In this document: positions 47,401-59,994 of the stretch, in pieces | Position numbering within the stretch: position 1 is the stretch's first letter | How the letters are laid out: each line of letters begins with the position of its first letter | From: Macrostomum hystrix | Lineage: Eukaryota; Animalia; Platyhelminthes | Reading direction: 5' to 3' | NCBI GenBank assembly: GCA_950097015.1 | Contig: CATNEN010000034.1 | Location: 6,076,001 to 6,140,000 of the forward strand | Length of the DNA: 64,000 bases | The notes under the pieces: generated by a model | Seen by the model: only the letters and a program-made list of their open reading frames with translations | Database searches by the model: none | What the model was told of the DNA's origin: nothing | Program-made: the position numbers and the translations under genes

Positions 47401-50400
47401 GATCGTTCCCATCTCAAAGACAGGTTGAGTTCCCGTCTCAAAGACAGGTTGAGTTCCCATCTCAAAGACAGGTTGATCGTTCCCATCTCAAAGACAGGTT
47501 GATCGTTCCCATCTCAAAGACAGGTTGATCGTTCCCATCTCAAAGACAGGTTGAGTTCCCATCTCAAAGACAGGCTGAGTTCCCATCTCAAATGCAGGCT
47601 GAGTTCCCATCTCAAAGACAGGTTGAGTTCCCATCTCAAAGACAGGTTGATCGTTCCCATCTCAAAGACAGGTTGAGTTCCCATCTCAAAGACAGGTTGA
47701 GTTCCCATCTCAAAGACAGGTTGAGTTCCCATCTCAAAGACAGGTTGAGTTCCCATCTCAAAGACAGGTTGATCGTTCCCATCTCAAAGACAGGTTGAGT
47801 TCCCGTCTCAAAGACAGGTTGAGTTCCCGTCTCAAAGACAGGTTGATCGTTCCCATCTCAAAGACAGGTTGAGTTCCCGTCTCAAAGACAGGTTGAGTTC
47901 CCATCTCAAAGACAGGTTGATCGTTCCCATCTCAAAGACAGGTTGATCGTTCCCATCTCAAAGACAGGTTGATCGTTCCCATCTCAAAGACAGGTTGAGT
48001 TCCCATCTCAAAGACAGGCTGAGTTCCCATCTCAAATGCAGGCTGAGTTCCCATCTCAAAGACAGGTTGAGTTCCCATCTCAAAGACAGGTTGAGTTCCC
48101 ATCTCAAAGACAGGTTGAGTTCCCATCTCAAAGACAGGTTGATCGTTCCCATCTCAAAGACAGGTTGAGTTCCCATCTCAAAGACAGGTTGAGTTCCCAT
48201 CTCAAAGACAGGTTGATCGTTCCCATCTCAAAGACAGGTTGAGTTCCCATCTCAAATACTGGTTGAGTTCCCATCTCAAAGACAGGTTGAGTTCCCATCT
48301 CAAAGACAGGTTGAGTTCCCATCTCAAAGACAGGTTGAGTTCCCATCTCAAAGACAGGTTGATCGTTCCCATCTCAAAGACAGGTTGAGTTCCCGTCTCA
48401 AAGACAGGTTGATCGTTCCCATCTCAAAGACAGGTTGAGTTCCCATCTCAAAGACAGGTTGATCGTTCCCATCTCAAAGACAGGTTGAGTTCCCATCTCA
48501 AAGACAGGTTGAGTTCCCATCTCAAAGACAGGTTGATCGTTCCCATCTCAAAGACAGGTTGAGTTCCCGTCTCAAAGACAGGTTGAGTTCCCATCTCAAA
48601 GACAGGTTGAGTTCCCATCTCAAAGACAGGTTGAGTTCCCATCTCAAAGACGGGTTGAGTTCCCATCTCAAAGACAGGTTGATCGTTCCCATCTCAAAGA
48701 CAGGTTGAGTTCCCGTCTCAAAGACAGGTTGAGTTCCCGTCTCAAAGACAGGTTGATCGTTCCCATCTCAAAGACAGGTTGAGTTCCCGTCTCAAAGACA
48801 GGTTGAGTTCCCATCTCAAAGACAGGTTGATCGTTCCCATCTCAAAGACAGGTTGATCGTTCCCATCTCAAAGACAGGTTGATCGTTCCCATCTCAAAGA
48901 CAGGTTGAGTTCCCATCTCAAAGACAGGCTGAGTTCCCATCTCAAATGCAGGCTGAGTTCCCATCTCAAAGACAGGTTGAGTTCCCATCTCAAAGACAGG
49001 TTGAGTTCCCATCTCAAAGACAGGTTGAGTTCCCATCTCAAAGACAGGTTGATCGTTCCCATCTCAAAGACAGGTTGAGTTCCCATCTCAAAGACAGGTT
49101 GAGTTCCCATCTCAAAGACAGGTTGATCGTTCCCATCTCAAAGACAGGTTGAGTTCCCATCTCAAAGACAGGTTGAGTTCCCATCTCAAAGACAGGTTGA
49201 TCGTTCCCATCTCAAAGACAGGTTGAGTTCCCGTCTCAAAGACAGGTTGAGTTCCCGTCTCAAAGACAGGTTGATCGTTCCCATCTCAAAGACAGGTTGA
49301 GTTCCCGTCTCAAAGACAGGTTGAGTTCCCATCTCAAAGACAGGTTGAGTTCCCGTCTCAAAGACAGGTTGAGTTCCCATCTCAAAGACAGGTTGAGTTC
49401 CCATCTCAAAGACAGGTTGATCGTTCCCATCTCAAAGACAGGTTGAGTTCCCGTCTCAAAGACAGGTTGAGTTCCCATCTCAAAGACAGGTTGATCGTTC
49501 CCATCTCAAAGACAGGTTGAGTTCCCGTCTCAAAGACAGGTTGAGTTCCCATCTCAAAGACAGGTTGATCGTTCCCATCTCAAAGACAGGTTGAGTTCCC
49601 ATCTCAAATACTGGTTGAGTTCCCATCTCAAAGACAGGTTGAGTTCCCATCTCAAAGACAGGTTGAGTTCCCATCTCAAAGACAGGTTGAGTTCCCATCT
49701 CAAAGACAGGTTGATCGTTCCCATCTCAAAGACAGGTTGAGTTCCCATCTCAAAGACAGGTTGATCGTTCCCATCTCAAAGACAGGTTGAGTTCCCATCT
49801 CAAAGACAGGTTGATCGTTCCCATCTCAAAGACAGGTTGAGTTCCCATCTCAAAGACAGGTTGAGTTCCCATCTCAAAGACAGGTTGAGTTCCCATCTCA
49901 AAGACGGGTTGAGTTCCCATCTCAAAGACAGGTTGATCGTTCCCATCTCAAAGACAGGTTGAGTTCCCGTCTCAAAGACAGGTTGATCGTTCCCATCTCA
50001 AAGACAGGTTGAGTTCCCGTCTCAAAGACAGGTTGATCGTTCCCATCTCAAATACTGGTTGAGTTCCCATCTCAAAGACAGGTTGAGTTCCCGTCTCAAA
50101 GACAGGTTGAGTTCCCATCTCAAAGACAGGTTGAGTTCCCGTCTCAAAGACAGGTTGAGTTCCCAATTAAGTTTAAGGTTGAATATCGCAATTTGATTTG
50201 CAGAGCTGAAAGCGCCCATCGCCTGCTGCAAGCTAAGGCGGGAAGACTTTGAGCCAATGGACAGAAATTGTACATTGAATCCGACGGTTGAGAACAGCAA
50301 TATCGACACTGGCTGCTATGAGAAGCTGTGGAGCTTCTTGGACACATACGCAAATGTGCTGATCATTGGCATAGCAATTACGGCCGCTGTCACTGTGAGT

Positions 50401-50819
50401 TTTTGCCTGCGTGATTCTGAAAACTCTTTTTTCTTTTTCTTTTCATAATTTCATAATTTGGTAATAATCGTCAGAGTAATCTCAGAATTGTCTCAGAACT
50501 CAGAGGCTGCTTAGCCAGAACTCATGCCTAATTAATTTTCGTAGCAGATGGCTTTGCTATTTTTTAGAATTATCGAATTTAGAATCCTGCACACCACGAG
50601 CACGTGACAGACCTCAGCCAATAAAAATTTAAATCGATTCCCAAGACAAATTAAAGATTAAAAAGTAGAGATTTATACTAATTTAAGTTATGCTTAACAT
50701 AGCTTAGCTTGTTTAGCTTACCTAATTACAAATTAATCATATTATTTCAGGCCGGAATATCGTTGCTAGCGATCATCATGCTCTGCTATCATTTCAAGAA
50801 CGACATCACACCTATTTGA
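41478..50819 (+). CDS. Tetraspanin B; exons 41478-41549, 42613-42894, 43595-43783, 43872-43965, 50204-50394, 50751-50819
   Basis: MGICGCLT start (paralogous to A's MGICSCCT), GCIGACC, LQCCGV, PIACC and TGCYEKLW, with four TM segments. All junctions are GT-AG with compatible phases. Confidence 0.9.
41635..41745 (+). mobile_element. Diverged 3' fragment of the same SINE family
   Basis: aaatggg...ggcggcctccctccagtccatggactgaatagctgctgtacacagcc resembles 10320-10405. A shorter remnant lies at about 36305-36340. Confidence 0.55.
42121..42592. repeat. 20-bp minisatellite ([c/a]ttgtgaggg[a/c]tgtc[a/t]gtag), about 23 copies, tetraspanin B intron 1
   Basis: Ends about 20 bp before the acceptor at 42612. 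Confidence 0.95.
42967..43492. repeat. 32-bp minisatellite (tctactcaattgagtcactctcatcccatcta), about 16 copies, tetraspanin B intron 2
   Basis: Each unit contains the 12-bp palindrome actcaattgagt. Confidence 0.95.
44033..50165. repeat. 6.1 kb 24-bp minisatellite (gagttcccatctcaaa[gacagg/tactgg]tt, plus a 26-bp gatcgtt variant), about 250 units, tetraspanin B intron 4
   Basis: Continuous array with no unique spacers. It accounts for all MGTQPVFE/LRWELN/LSSHLKY ORFs. Confidence 0.98.
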
Positions 50820-53800
50820 GAGTCGAATCAATTGTTTGCTAGCTGAAAAACACGGCCGTATTTCATATTTGCACCGCATAATGCGATAGACTTAAAATAA
50901 ACTATTGTTAAAACGCTACTGCAATCAACTGTAATTTAGGCTTTAGTCTCCTTTATTTCTTGCATGAAGAAATACAATTATCGTGTGGATTTGTTGCTTT
51001 CACACATATTGACGCCTGTTTACTTCATTAAATTGTGCCGATAAATGTTTGTTTTGTTTTCTAACGCTTTTCTGTTATAACAATTAAAGCACAAATCGAT
51101 TAATAATTTCTTAAAACATTTAGCTGGTGAAACCTTCATTTCTTTCCTTTTCTTCGCTCGTGTAAGTGAGTCTTTCTAGATGTTGATGCTGCTGATACAG
51201 CTGGGGCAGCTTGTAGTTTCCGGTTCGGGTTTTTTTCTCGGATGGTGGATGTGAATAACAATTCTGTGACAGCCCCTGCACTGTGCAGGTAAAGGCGTTG
51301 AGAGTGATGAGGCGTATGCATAAATTGAAAAAATAAATCACCTTCAAGCACCACTTCATTTTGAAACGAGATTTAACCATGGCGGCTGATCCTTACTTGT
51401 ATTTCCGTTTCCTAGTCTTTTGATACAGGATAATCCTCAATCAGCAACCACCGATATAAGAAGCGGAACTATCACTAATATAAATGCTGCATTCGTGTTT
51501 AAAAGTGCATCATCGGTACCGTACGAATTTATTAGTTTTTAAATATGTTCTTGAGTGAGCTAGAATTCTCAACATCTTAAGCAGCGAAATCGACAGCAGC
51601 ACACTAGTAAAACAAAGGCGCGTGTGACGGAGCGCGTAAGTGCCACGTCTGCGAATGAGTCTCAGTCTCTGTGTCAAATTTCCCCGTGGCTCAGCGCGCG
51701 AGTCGGCTTGGTGCGCCCCCCCAAACTACAAGGTTAGTTCATCGGGTAAGGGTGGATAATTCTGATCCATGTGGTGTGCTTCAACAAAAATCGGTCATTC
51801 ACTTTGGTAGCTATCGTGAAGTAGACAGTGGGTATTGGAAAAAACTGGCTTATTTCCCCATGTGTTAAGACCACGGGTGTTTCAACTAACTTGTACATAT
51901 TGATGAATTAAAGTATAAAGTAGCCTAACAAAAAAATGTGGCTATAATATGAATTCGGCCAGGCAAAAATAGCTTAAAAATAGATATATGTAACAAAAAC
52001 TTTTTTACGTTATACGTTTTACCTAAACATTAAACTTAAATATGTGTTTTTGCGGATTCAACTATCGCTTTTCATGGAAATTTAGCTCTGTGAAGTCTGG
52101 TCATAGTTACTAATAGCTTATTTTCTATGACAACACATTTTTGAAAATTTTCTCCGTTGTTACTAGGTATTACGAGCCCCGCGAACAACCATTGTTCTTG
52201 GCGAAAAAATTATAGGGATCACACAATGAACACTGTCTTTTATATATCTTAAATAGTACACCTGATCCTATCTGGAAAATGCATGGGCGTGGCCAGCGTT
52301 GATAACCGTATTTCGTTTACGCACTAGTGTAGCTATTTATTACTTTTAATTTTTGTCTTGCAAAAATGCTTTCTAGAAGGAATTCATAATTCCGTGTTTC
52401 TAATATATCCATATTAGGGAGAGTTGTCCAATAGACAAAATAGAAAGGAAAGGAACTACTGATGAAGGCAAGTCAACTGAATGTTAAGTGATCAAGTGCT
52501 AACAGTAGCACAGGCCGCATAGCCAGGCTTTTCGCCTGAGGGTCATAGGCCCCATAGGCCATGCCACACACACCGCCCACATGCAGCATCATCATCCCAA
52601 AAAATCTGACTTTCAGGGGAGTGAGTCATAACTTGGTTGGTTACACTACAAAATTGGTTACACTATTGAGAGTTAACTATCACAAGGCTCAACTCAGGTA
52701 GACCACCGACCAGTTACTGCTATACAGGTTTTTAATCATTTGACCTAATTAACACGACTATAACCTATATTCTCTATACATAGGCCTAGCTATTCTTTGT
52801 TAATTTAGAACATTTAGATGTCATTTTTTAATTTAACATCTACGCCTTGGCTTTTAGTAATTCTGCTAGGCCTAGTTGTTTGCCCATGTTTGCTCAAACA
52901 AAATTTCAGCCATAACTAGGCCTATTTTGGTATCAAACCATACCAGTCTCTATTTTTGCCCATATCACAGACATCTTTTTAGCTAGTCAGCATTTTTATT
53001 TTCATGATATAAAATATTGTCATATGAAATGCTTATCCCCCTAGTCTCACACTATTAATTCTGAAAATCTTTATGCAGTTGTGAAATTGGCAAAGTGCCA
53101 GTTTTTTCAAGCCTCACAAAAAATTTGTCTCACTGTTTACTAGCTTAAATAACATGGTAACCATTTACTGTTTTGCTTCTTTTTTCCAACACTAAGTTTC
53201 TATCTTTGCAGTGGTAGTACTTTAACACTTAAAAAAGTTTGGCCTATGCAACTAAAAAAATCATTAACCATAAATAGACTACAAATGATTAGTTCATCAG
53301 TAAAAAATTAACAAATGAAAAATGATGCCTCTGCTTGGCAGAAATTCATACCTGCATTCAGAAATTGTTTTGTTGTGTCTTTTTGGCAACTAGTGCAAAT
53401 TTACACCTCAATACACAATACACATTCTTATTTAAGAAAAAATAAAAAATATAAGGATATTTTGAAGAAAAGTTTAACAAACTATGCTGGGTAGTCACAA
53501 AAACAACTAATGTGGTAAGAAAGTGATTGATTTAAAGAAAAACTTATTTTAGGGAGAATGCAACAATCATTGAGTGGTCATGATTTCCCTTGGTTTCTAG
53601 GTAAAATGTTCTTAAGATCTCAATTATTCAGGCTTGAATTTTATTCAGAAATTAAAACAACTTTGTTTTTTCATTATTTTTTTTTCTTTAACTAATTTTT
53701 TACCATTGGAATATATTTTCCTATACATCATACTTGTAATAAGTTGTAGTTGGTTTATTTTTCCAGGCTACACAAATATCCCATTTTAACATCTGCCACC

Positions 53801-54131
53801 TTTTTTTAAACCATGTGTAATGGTTTCTTACTTCCACAATCTCTGGTTTTTTCTGCCATCTTACTTACTCAACTTTTTATTTTACTTCCTCTTTGTACTC
53901 ATATTATCTATGAGTAGCTAGTATGTTTTTTCACTAGATTACTTCTGCTATTTATTGTATTGTTTGTGCATGTAACAACTTCATGCTTAACAAGTTTTCA
54001 AAATTTGAGGCTAATTTACTTATTCAAGTTGCTAAGTGATTTATGAGTATCTAAAAAACATGTGTTCATAGCCTACACGTAAATGATTTTTCTTGCAGCC
54101 CCTGTCAGAATCCAGCTATATAAACGACACA

Positions 54132-56486
54132 ATGACAGCAGCCTCTACCAGCGCCCCCCAGTCGGTGGCCGCCGCGGCAGACGAACAGCCGGCCAATTTG
54201 ACGGAGGCCGAGGAGGACGCCGCCGCCGTTCGCCGACCAAACGATTCCCGATTTCATCAGCAGCGGCTGCCCGCCTGGCAACCGTTGCTAACGGCTAAGC
54301 CGGCCTTCTGTTTATTCTTCGGTATTGGCATTGTGTTTGTACCGCTGGGCGCTGTTCTGCTAACCACCTCACAATCCGTTGAAGAAGTGAAGACCGACTA
54401 TACCAACTGCAAGAATGGCTCCCACTTCTGCATGCAGTTGGTGAGGATTCGATTTTTTGTTTGAATGAAACTTCTGATATTGAGTTGAAGTTGATTCAAA
54501 TCAGGATTCAACTCCGCTGTGAGATTCTAGAGAGCAAAGTGAGAGTGTACACTGCCTGAAGCATGGCTTAACCAGGTCTGCATTGCTCAAATTAACCTAT
54601 ATATTAAATTGGTACCAAAATTTAGCTTGGGTATACTTCAGGTTTAGTAAAGCTGCGAAATTTATAAAACTATTATAAATATTTACTTACAACACAGGTG
54701 AGTGCTCCAAATTACTACGCGAACTACCAGAGCTGCCAGTGCACAGTTGATGTCCGTTTAAGCGTCAGCCTAGTTGGCCAGGTGTACGCCTACTATGCTC
54801 TGACTAATTTCTATCAGAATCACCGGCGCTACGTTAAAAGCCGAGACGACGGCCAACTGCAGGGCACAAAGACTAGCAACCTGTTGACTGACTGCGATCC
54901 GTACAGGCAGAGCCCCTCTGGCCAGCTGTACGCTCCCTGCGGCGCCATCGCCAACAGTCTGTTTAATGACACCTTCCAACTGTTCTACAATCAACCAGGT
55001 GGCAGCCTGGTGGCTGTGCCATGGACTTCGTCTGGTATCGCGTGGGACAGCGACAAGGCTAGGAAATTCGCGCGTATAACGGAATGGAATGGCACTGTTA
55101 AGCCGGTTAATTGGCCCAAGTCTGCCAAGGAGAGAAACGCGAATGCTTATCAGGTCAGGCATTGTTCTAATAACTCTCTTCCTATGTTGTCAGTGACTAT
55201 TTGTTTATTTCGATAATTTCCGGGTTTCATCGTTTTTAACCAAAAGCGTATCATATCGTTGGTGGGTGAGTGATTCTCTTGCGAGGCCACATTCATTTGG
55301 GGCGCAGCCGCGGAGGGAAGTCTTGAGGGCTTGTCTTGCAATTTATGCCCTTGAGGACCAACCTCCAAGGCACAGTGAAATGTACACTGCCTGACGATGA
55401 GAAAGTCAGGTCAGGAAACACTGGGCAGATGTACACACCTGTGTGAGCGGAACGGGCAGGATTGACTCCTCGCTGGCTGCGGGTCTACTGTCACCATATG
55501 GTGTGCAAAATTTTTTTTAACTATTATATGGTTAGTTTCAAAGTATAAGGATATCGGTTCTTTCAATTTGAGGAAATAGTTTGTTCTTTGTAACCTTTGG
55601 AATAAGCTGCGAGAACCAGCGGTACCACGTCTTTTGTTCGGAAAGCCAAAGTCATTTTAAGACGCTCGTCAACTTGCTTCTAAATGAGTAAATTGATGGG
55701 ATTTTTCGTCGGTATTTAGTATTCCTAAATTTTTTTTGACTAGATGTTATTCTGAATTCCTCTAAAAAGCGTAATTTATTTAAGAAAAATTACATTTTCC
55801 GGTGTTTTCGTCTTTTTTACTACTTGCATTGCTTTTTCCGCGGTTTTCCGACTTATTTGACTATTTTTTTGCTTTTTCCGGGTTTTAGTCTTTTTACTTT
55901 TTTATTTCTTATTTTCCGGGTTTTGGTCTTTTTTTACTTTTTATATTTCTTTTTTTCCTGGGTTTTCGTCTCTTTTACTATTTTTATTGCTTTTTTCTGT
56001 GTTTTTACTCTTGTTTTACTATTTTATTGCTTTGTTCTGGGTTTTCGTATTGTTTACTATTTTTATTGCATTTTCCGGGTTTTTGTCAGCTTGTATCGTT
56101 AAAAACGTTAAATTTGAACACAGAAGTGAGAACTATTTCACTCTAAATCTGTAAAACATAATTTTCAGGGCGACGAAGAGTTGATCGTTTGGATGCGCAC
56201 GGCCGCCTTGCCCTCGTTTCGCAAGCTGCACCGCATTGTGCAGCACGACTCCACAACTACGACACTGTTTCGCAACGGCCTGCCTGCAGGAAACTACACC
56301 CTGGTGATTAACTACGCTTATCCTGTCAGCGCATTCGCCGGCACTAAATCGTTTATCCTAACAACCACCACCTGGATTGGCGGCAAAAACCCTGCACTGG
56401 GCATTATCTACCTGGTGGTCGGCTGTTTCCACGTTATCCTCGGCATTGTCTTCGTTGGAGTTTTCATATATTCTAAGAAGAAGTAA
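54132..56486 (+). CDS. TMEM30A: CDC50/TMEM30 P4-ATPase beta subunit; exons 54132-54440, 54698-55153, 56169-56482/56486 (alternative last exons possible at 57161-57191 and 58514-58541)
   Basis: RRPNDSRFHQQRLPAWQPLLT, YYALTNFYQNHRRYVKSRDDGQL, YAPCGAIANSLFNDTF, EELIVWMRTAALPSFRKL and WIGGKNPALGIIYL are hallmark CDC50 motifs. The gene symbol is family-level. Confidence 0.93.
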
Positions 56487-56604
56487 GTATTTACCTTCTT
56501 TTACCTTCTACTGGATTTTATAGAATCTAATTAGACATGGTTAAGAGATCAAATACTTACAACTTCTAATAACTCAAAATACTTATTTGGTTTTATTAAA
56601 TAGC

Positions 56605-57068
56605 GTGCTGCTAGTGGGCCAATCAGTGTGCTGCTAGTGGGCCAATCAGTGTGCTGCTAGTGGGCCAATCAGTGTGCTGCTAGTGGGCCAATCAGTGTGC
56701 TGCTAGTGGGCCAATCAGTGTGCTCCTAGTGGGCCAATCAGTGTGCTGCTAGTGGGCCAATCAGTGTGGCTGCTAGTGGGCCAATCAGTGTGCTGCTAGT
56801 GGGCCAATCAGTGTGCTGCTAGTGGGCCAATCAGTGTGGCTGCTAGTGGGCCAATCAGTGTGCTGCTAGTGGGCCAATCAGTGTGCTGCTAGTGGGCCAA
56901 TCAGTGTGGCTGCTAGTGGGCCAATCAGTGTGCTGCTAGTGGGCCAATCAGTGTGCTGCTAGTGGGCCAATCAGTGTGCTGCTAGTGGGCCAATCAGTGT
57001 GCTGCTAGTGGGCCAATCAGTGTGCTGCTAGTGGGCCAATCAGTGTGCTGCTAGTGGGCCAATCAGTG
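56605..57068. repeat. 23-bp minisatellite (gtgtgctgctagtgggccaatca), about 20 copies
   Basis: Tandem array in the putative CDC50 intron 56483-57160. Confidence 0.95.
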
Positions 57069-57999
57069 CGCTACTGTAACTGCAGTTCTGCTGCTATCCA
57101 TTTGTTGTACCTATTAATTAATCTCTATGTTACGCAAACCGATCGCGGTGTGTTCGCCAGGTCTCTAGTTGCTCAAGTGCGGCATGATTAGGTAAATGGC
57201 TGATTATCCTATTCTAGAAGTACTACTGTAACAATGCCTACTTTCCTTACTATTACTTCGTTCACAATGCAATTTAAATGTTACTCGTGCAAGCAAAATA
57301 TTCAATGCTTTTTCCTAATCTACAGTGTTCTAATTGCTTAACTGCATTGTTCGCTTGTCCAAATGGCAGTTTAAGTTATGCGTTAAACTATTAACTATTC
57401 GCAGTTATCGCTCCACTCTACTTATAGTACAGCATTTTGAAAATTAAACAGTTTTCGTTGATGACGTATCGATATGGTAATATCTGTAGGTGGACAGGTC
57501 GGTTATTTTTAGATTTAATTAGATTTAATATATTGTAATTAGATTTAATTTCTTTAAACACACGCTTCACAGAGACCGACAGATGGACTCCCACAGCAAG
57601 GATCCAAACTAATTGTTTTAAAAGACGTAAATGTTTTTTTTCCAGAAATTGTACTTTGCATGGCCACTCTAGTCATTGTTGAATGTTGTAAAACTCGTTT
57701 CCAACAGTTTCCAACAGATGATTGATTTGTTTCTCGTTAGTCGGTTGATTACAAGATTTGTATTTAAAACAAGAACAATTAAATTGCAAGATTTTATTAG
57801 CTATTCTTATTTATCCTATCAGGTCCACTGCCTGCGTCATAATTGGCGGTCTCGACAATGCCGCATTTCGGCCTAAATGCACCTGATCAGTTTTTCTTTA
57901 GGCCATTGTAGACTTGTTAGTTGTGGGTAGTTTAAAACAGGTTTTTTGTGTTTCTTTTTGGTACCTATAACATAAAAACAATGCTTTTTTACTCTTCGT

Positions 58000-58340
58000 T
58001 TTTTTACGGCGTGGCGGCGGGGGTGGGGTGATTTGGTTCAGAAAGGAATCGTGTTTTTTAATTGGTCAGAATCATCTCGCGTGGGGTGGGTTGTGGTAAA
58101 CAAATGGTTCAATTCGATTGGTCAGAGTCATCATCTTGACTTAGCTAATTAAATGGGTGGTTTTTCATTGGTCAGCATCATCCACCGTGGGTTGGAATTG
58201 TGTTATAAGAAAAAGCTTTCAATTGGTCAGTATTTTACTGCACTTGGATTGGTTCGTCAAGTGACAGGTCGAATTGTATTGGTCGTCGTATTCAATTGGT
58301 TGGTGCAACCCTCCAATTCCCTTCAGCTAATAAATCGACA
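58000..58340. repeat. Degenerate repeat rich in attggtcag motifs
   Basis: About 8 attgg/ttggt motifs with partial ~50-bp periodicity (ttggtcag..atc..cgtggg). Confidence 0.55.
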
Positions 58341-58764
58341 GTGGATTTCAGTAGTTGTATATAATTTATTATTGTTTCTGAGATGCACAAGTACGAATGT
58401 GTGTGAGTGTTGTTTCTTGTGGTCTAGTTGTGACCTTCTCGCCCTAGTGACTAAGTTGTGAATTTACTAATTTGTTAAAAACATTTAACACCGAAACTTT
58501 CGCATCCTTTCAGACAGAAAGTCACCTTAACAAGCTTCTGATAGGCTGACCTCCGGCTTCTGGTACGAGACGACACAATGATCTGCCAATCTTGTTACAT
58601 TGACACGTTACTGTTAGTTTATATCTGGATATTGTTTGTTGCACAATCTAAAACTTTGACACTTTTAAATTACATGGCTTTGATGATAAAACGGTACTAG
58701 TTGTATAGTTTACCTAGCTGTACAGATTGACTTGAAGTAAGGATGGACTAGTGTAACAAATTTA

Positions 58765-59300
58765 ATGTACAGATAGGCTGGTGGTACAGGTTGACTAACT
58801 GTACAGATAGGCTAGTGTTACAGGTTGACTAACTGTACAGATAGGCTAGTGTTACAGGTTGACTAACTGTACAGATAGGCTAGTGGTACAGGTAAACTTA
58901 CTGTACAGATAGGCTAGTGTTACAGGTTGACTAACTGTACAGATAGGCTAGTGTTACAGGTTGACTAACTGTACAGATAGGCTAGTGGTACAGGTTGACT
59001 AACTGTACAGATAGGCTAGTGTTACAGGTTGACTAACTGTACAGATAGGCTAGTGGTACAGGTTGACTTACTGTACAGATAGGCTAGTGTTACATGTTGA
59101 CTAACTGTACAGATAGGCTAGTGTTACAGGTTGACTAACTGTACAGATAGGCTAGTGTTACAGGTTGACTAACTGTACAGATAGGCTAGTGTTACAGGTT
59201 GACTAACTGTACAGATAGGCTAGTGGTACAGGTTGACTAACTGTACAGATAGGCTTGTGGTACAGATTGACTAACTGTACAGGTAGGCCTGTATTACAGA
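58765..59300. repeat. 34-bp minisatellite (gttgactaactgtacagataggctagtgttacag), about 15 copies
   Basis: Tandem array between CDC50 and UBAC2. Confidence 0.95.
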
Positions 59301-59994
59301 TGTTAGATTATTTTTTGTAATAACTTTTTGTTTCTGTGTTACATACTGTCACAAAATTAAACTAAAAAAATTACTAAAAAGTTATACAAAAAATGCCCAT
59401 TTACTATTATTGCTTACTTCGGAAGCAGGTGGTACTATGTACTGTTTTCAGCAGCTGGTTATTTAAACAAGAAAATATTCTTTTGACTATGATATATATA
59501 AAAGCATTCCTATTAATTTTTTGCAATACAATTTTTTATTCCTGATATCGTTAAGTTCGTGAAGTTTTTTCTAATATCACAGTAAGTTGATGACCAACAT
59601 ACATTTTCTTATATTGTTTTATTATTGTCTTTTTCCGCGAAATCAGACGTTCAATATTTTGATTTTTAATAGGCTGTGTACCTTCTGTTTGACAATTTTT
59701 ATTTAAAAAAGTGGTTTAGTCGGTTTTCTAATCCTATCTAATCTTTTCATGTCTAATTCCACTGTTCTGACAGACAATGAGTGATAATCGTAATTATTAA
59801 TCTCGATATCGATCACATATCCAAATTGTGTTTCATTACTACTAGAAGTAGTATTTTAAGAAATAGTATCACGTGAGCATTGTGAACGCGAAGCTAAAAT
59901 GCCTGTTAATTTAAACTGTTATAAATATACCCGTTGCCCATTCCGGAGAAGTTTACTGCATAAACTCAATGGTTTCATTTATTTCATCAGATGT

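Noticed and set aside
44033-50165. CRISPR-like regularly repeated ~24-bp unit
   Set aside because: The units are directly adjacent with no unique spacers, there are no cas genes, and the context is a eukaryotic intron. It is a minisatellite.
51120-51400. Minus-strand ORFs and a donor-like site divergent from the CDC50 promoter
   Set aside because: No recognisable protein similarity or consistent exon chain could be built.
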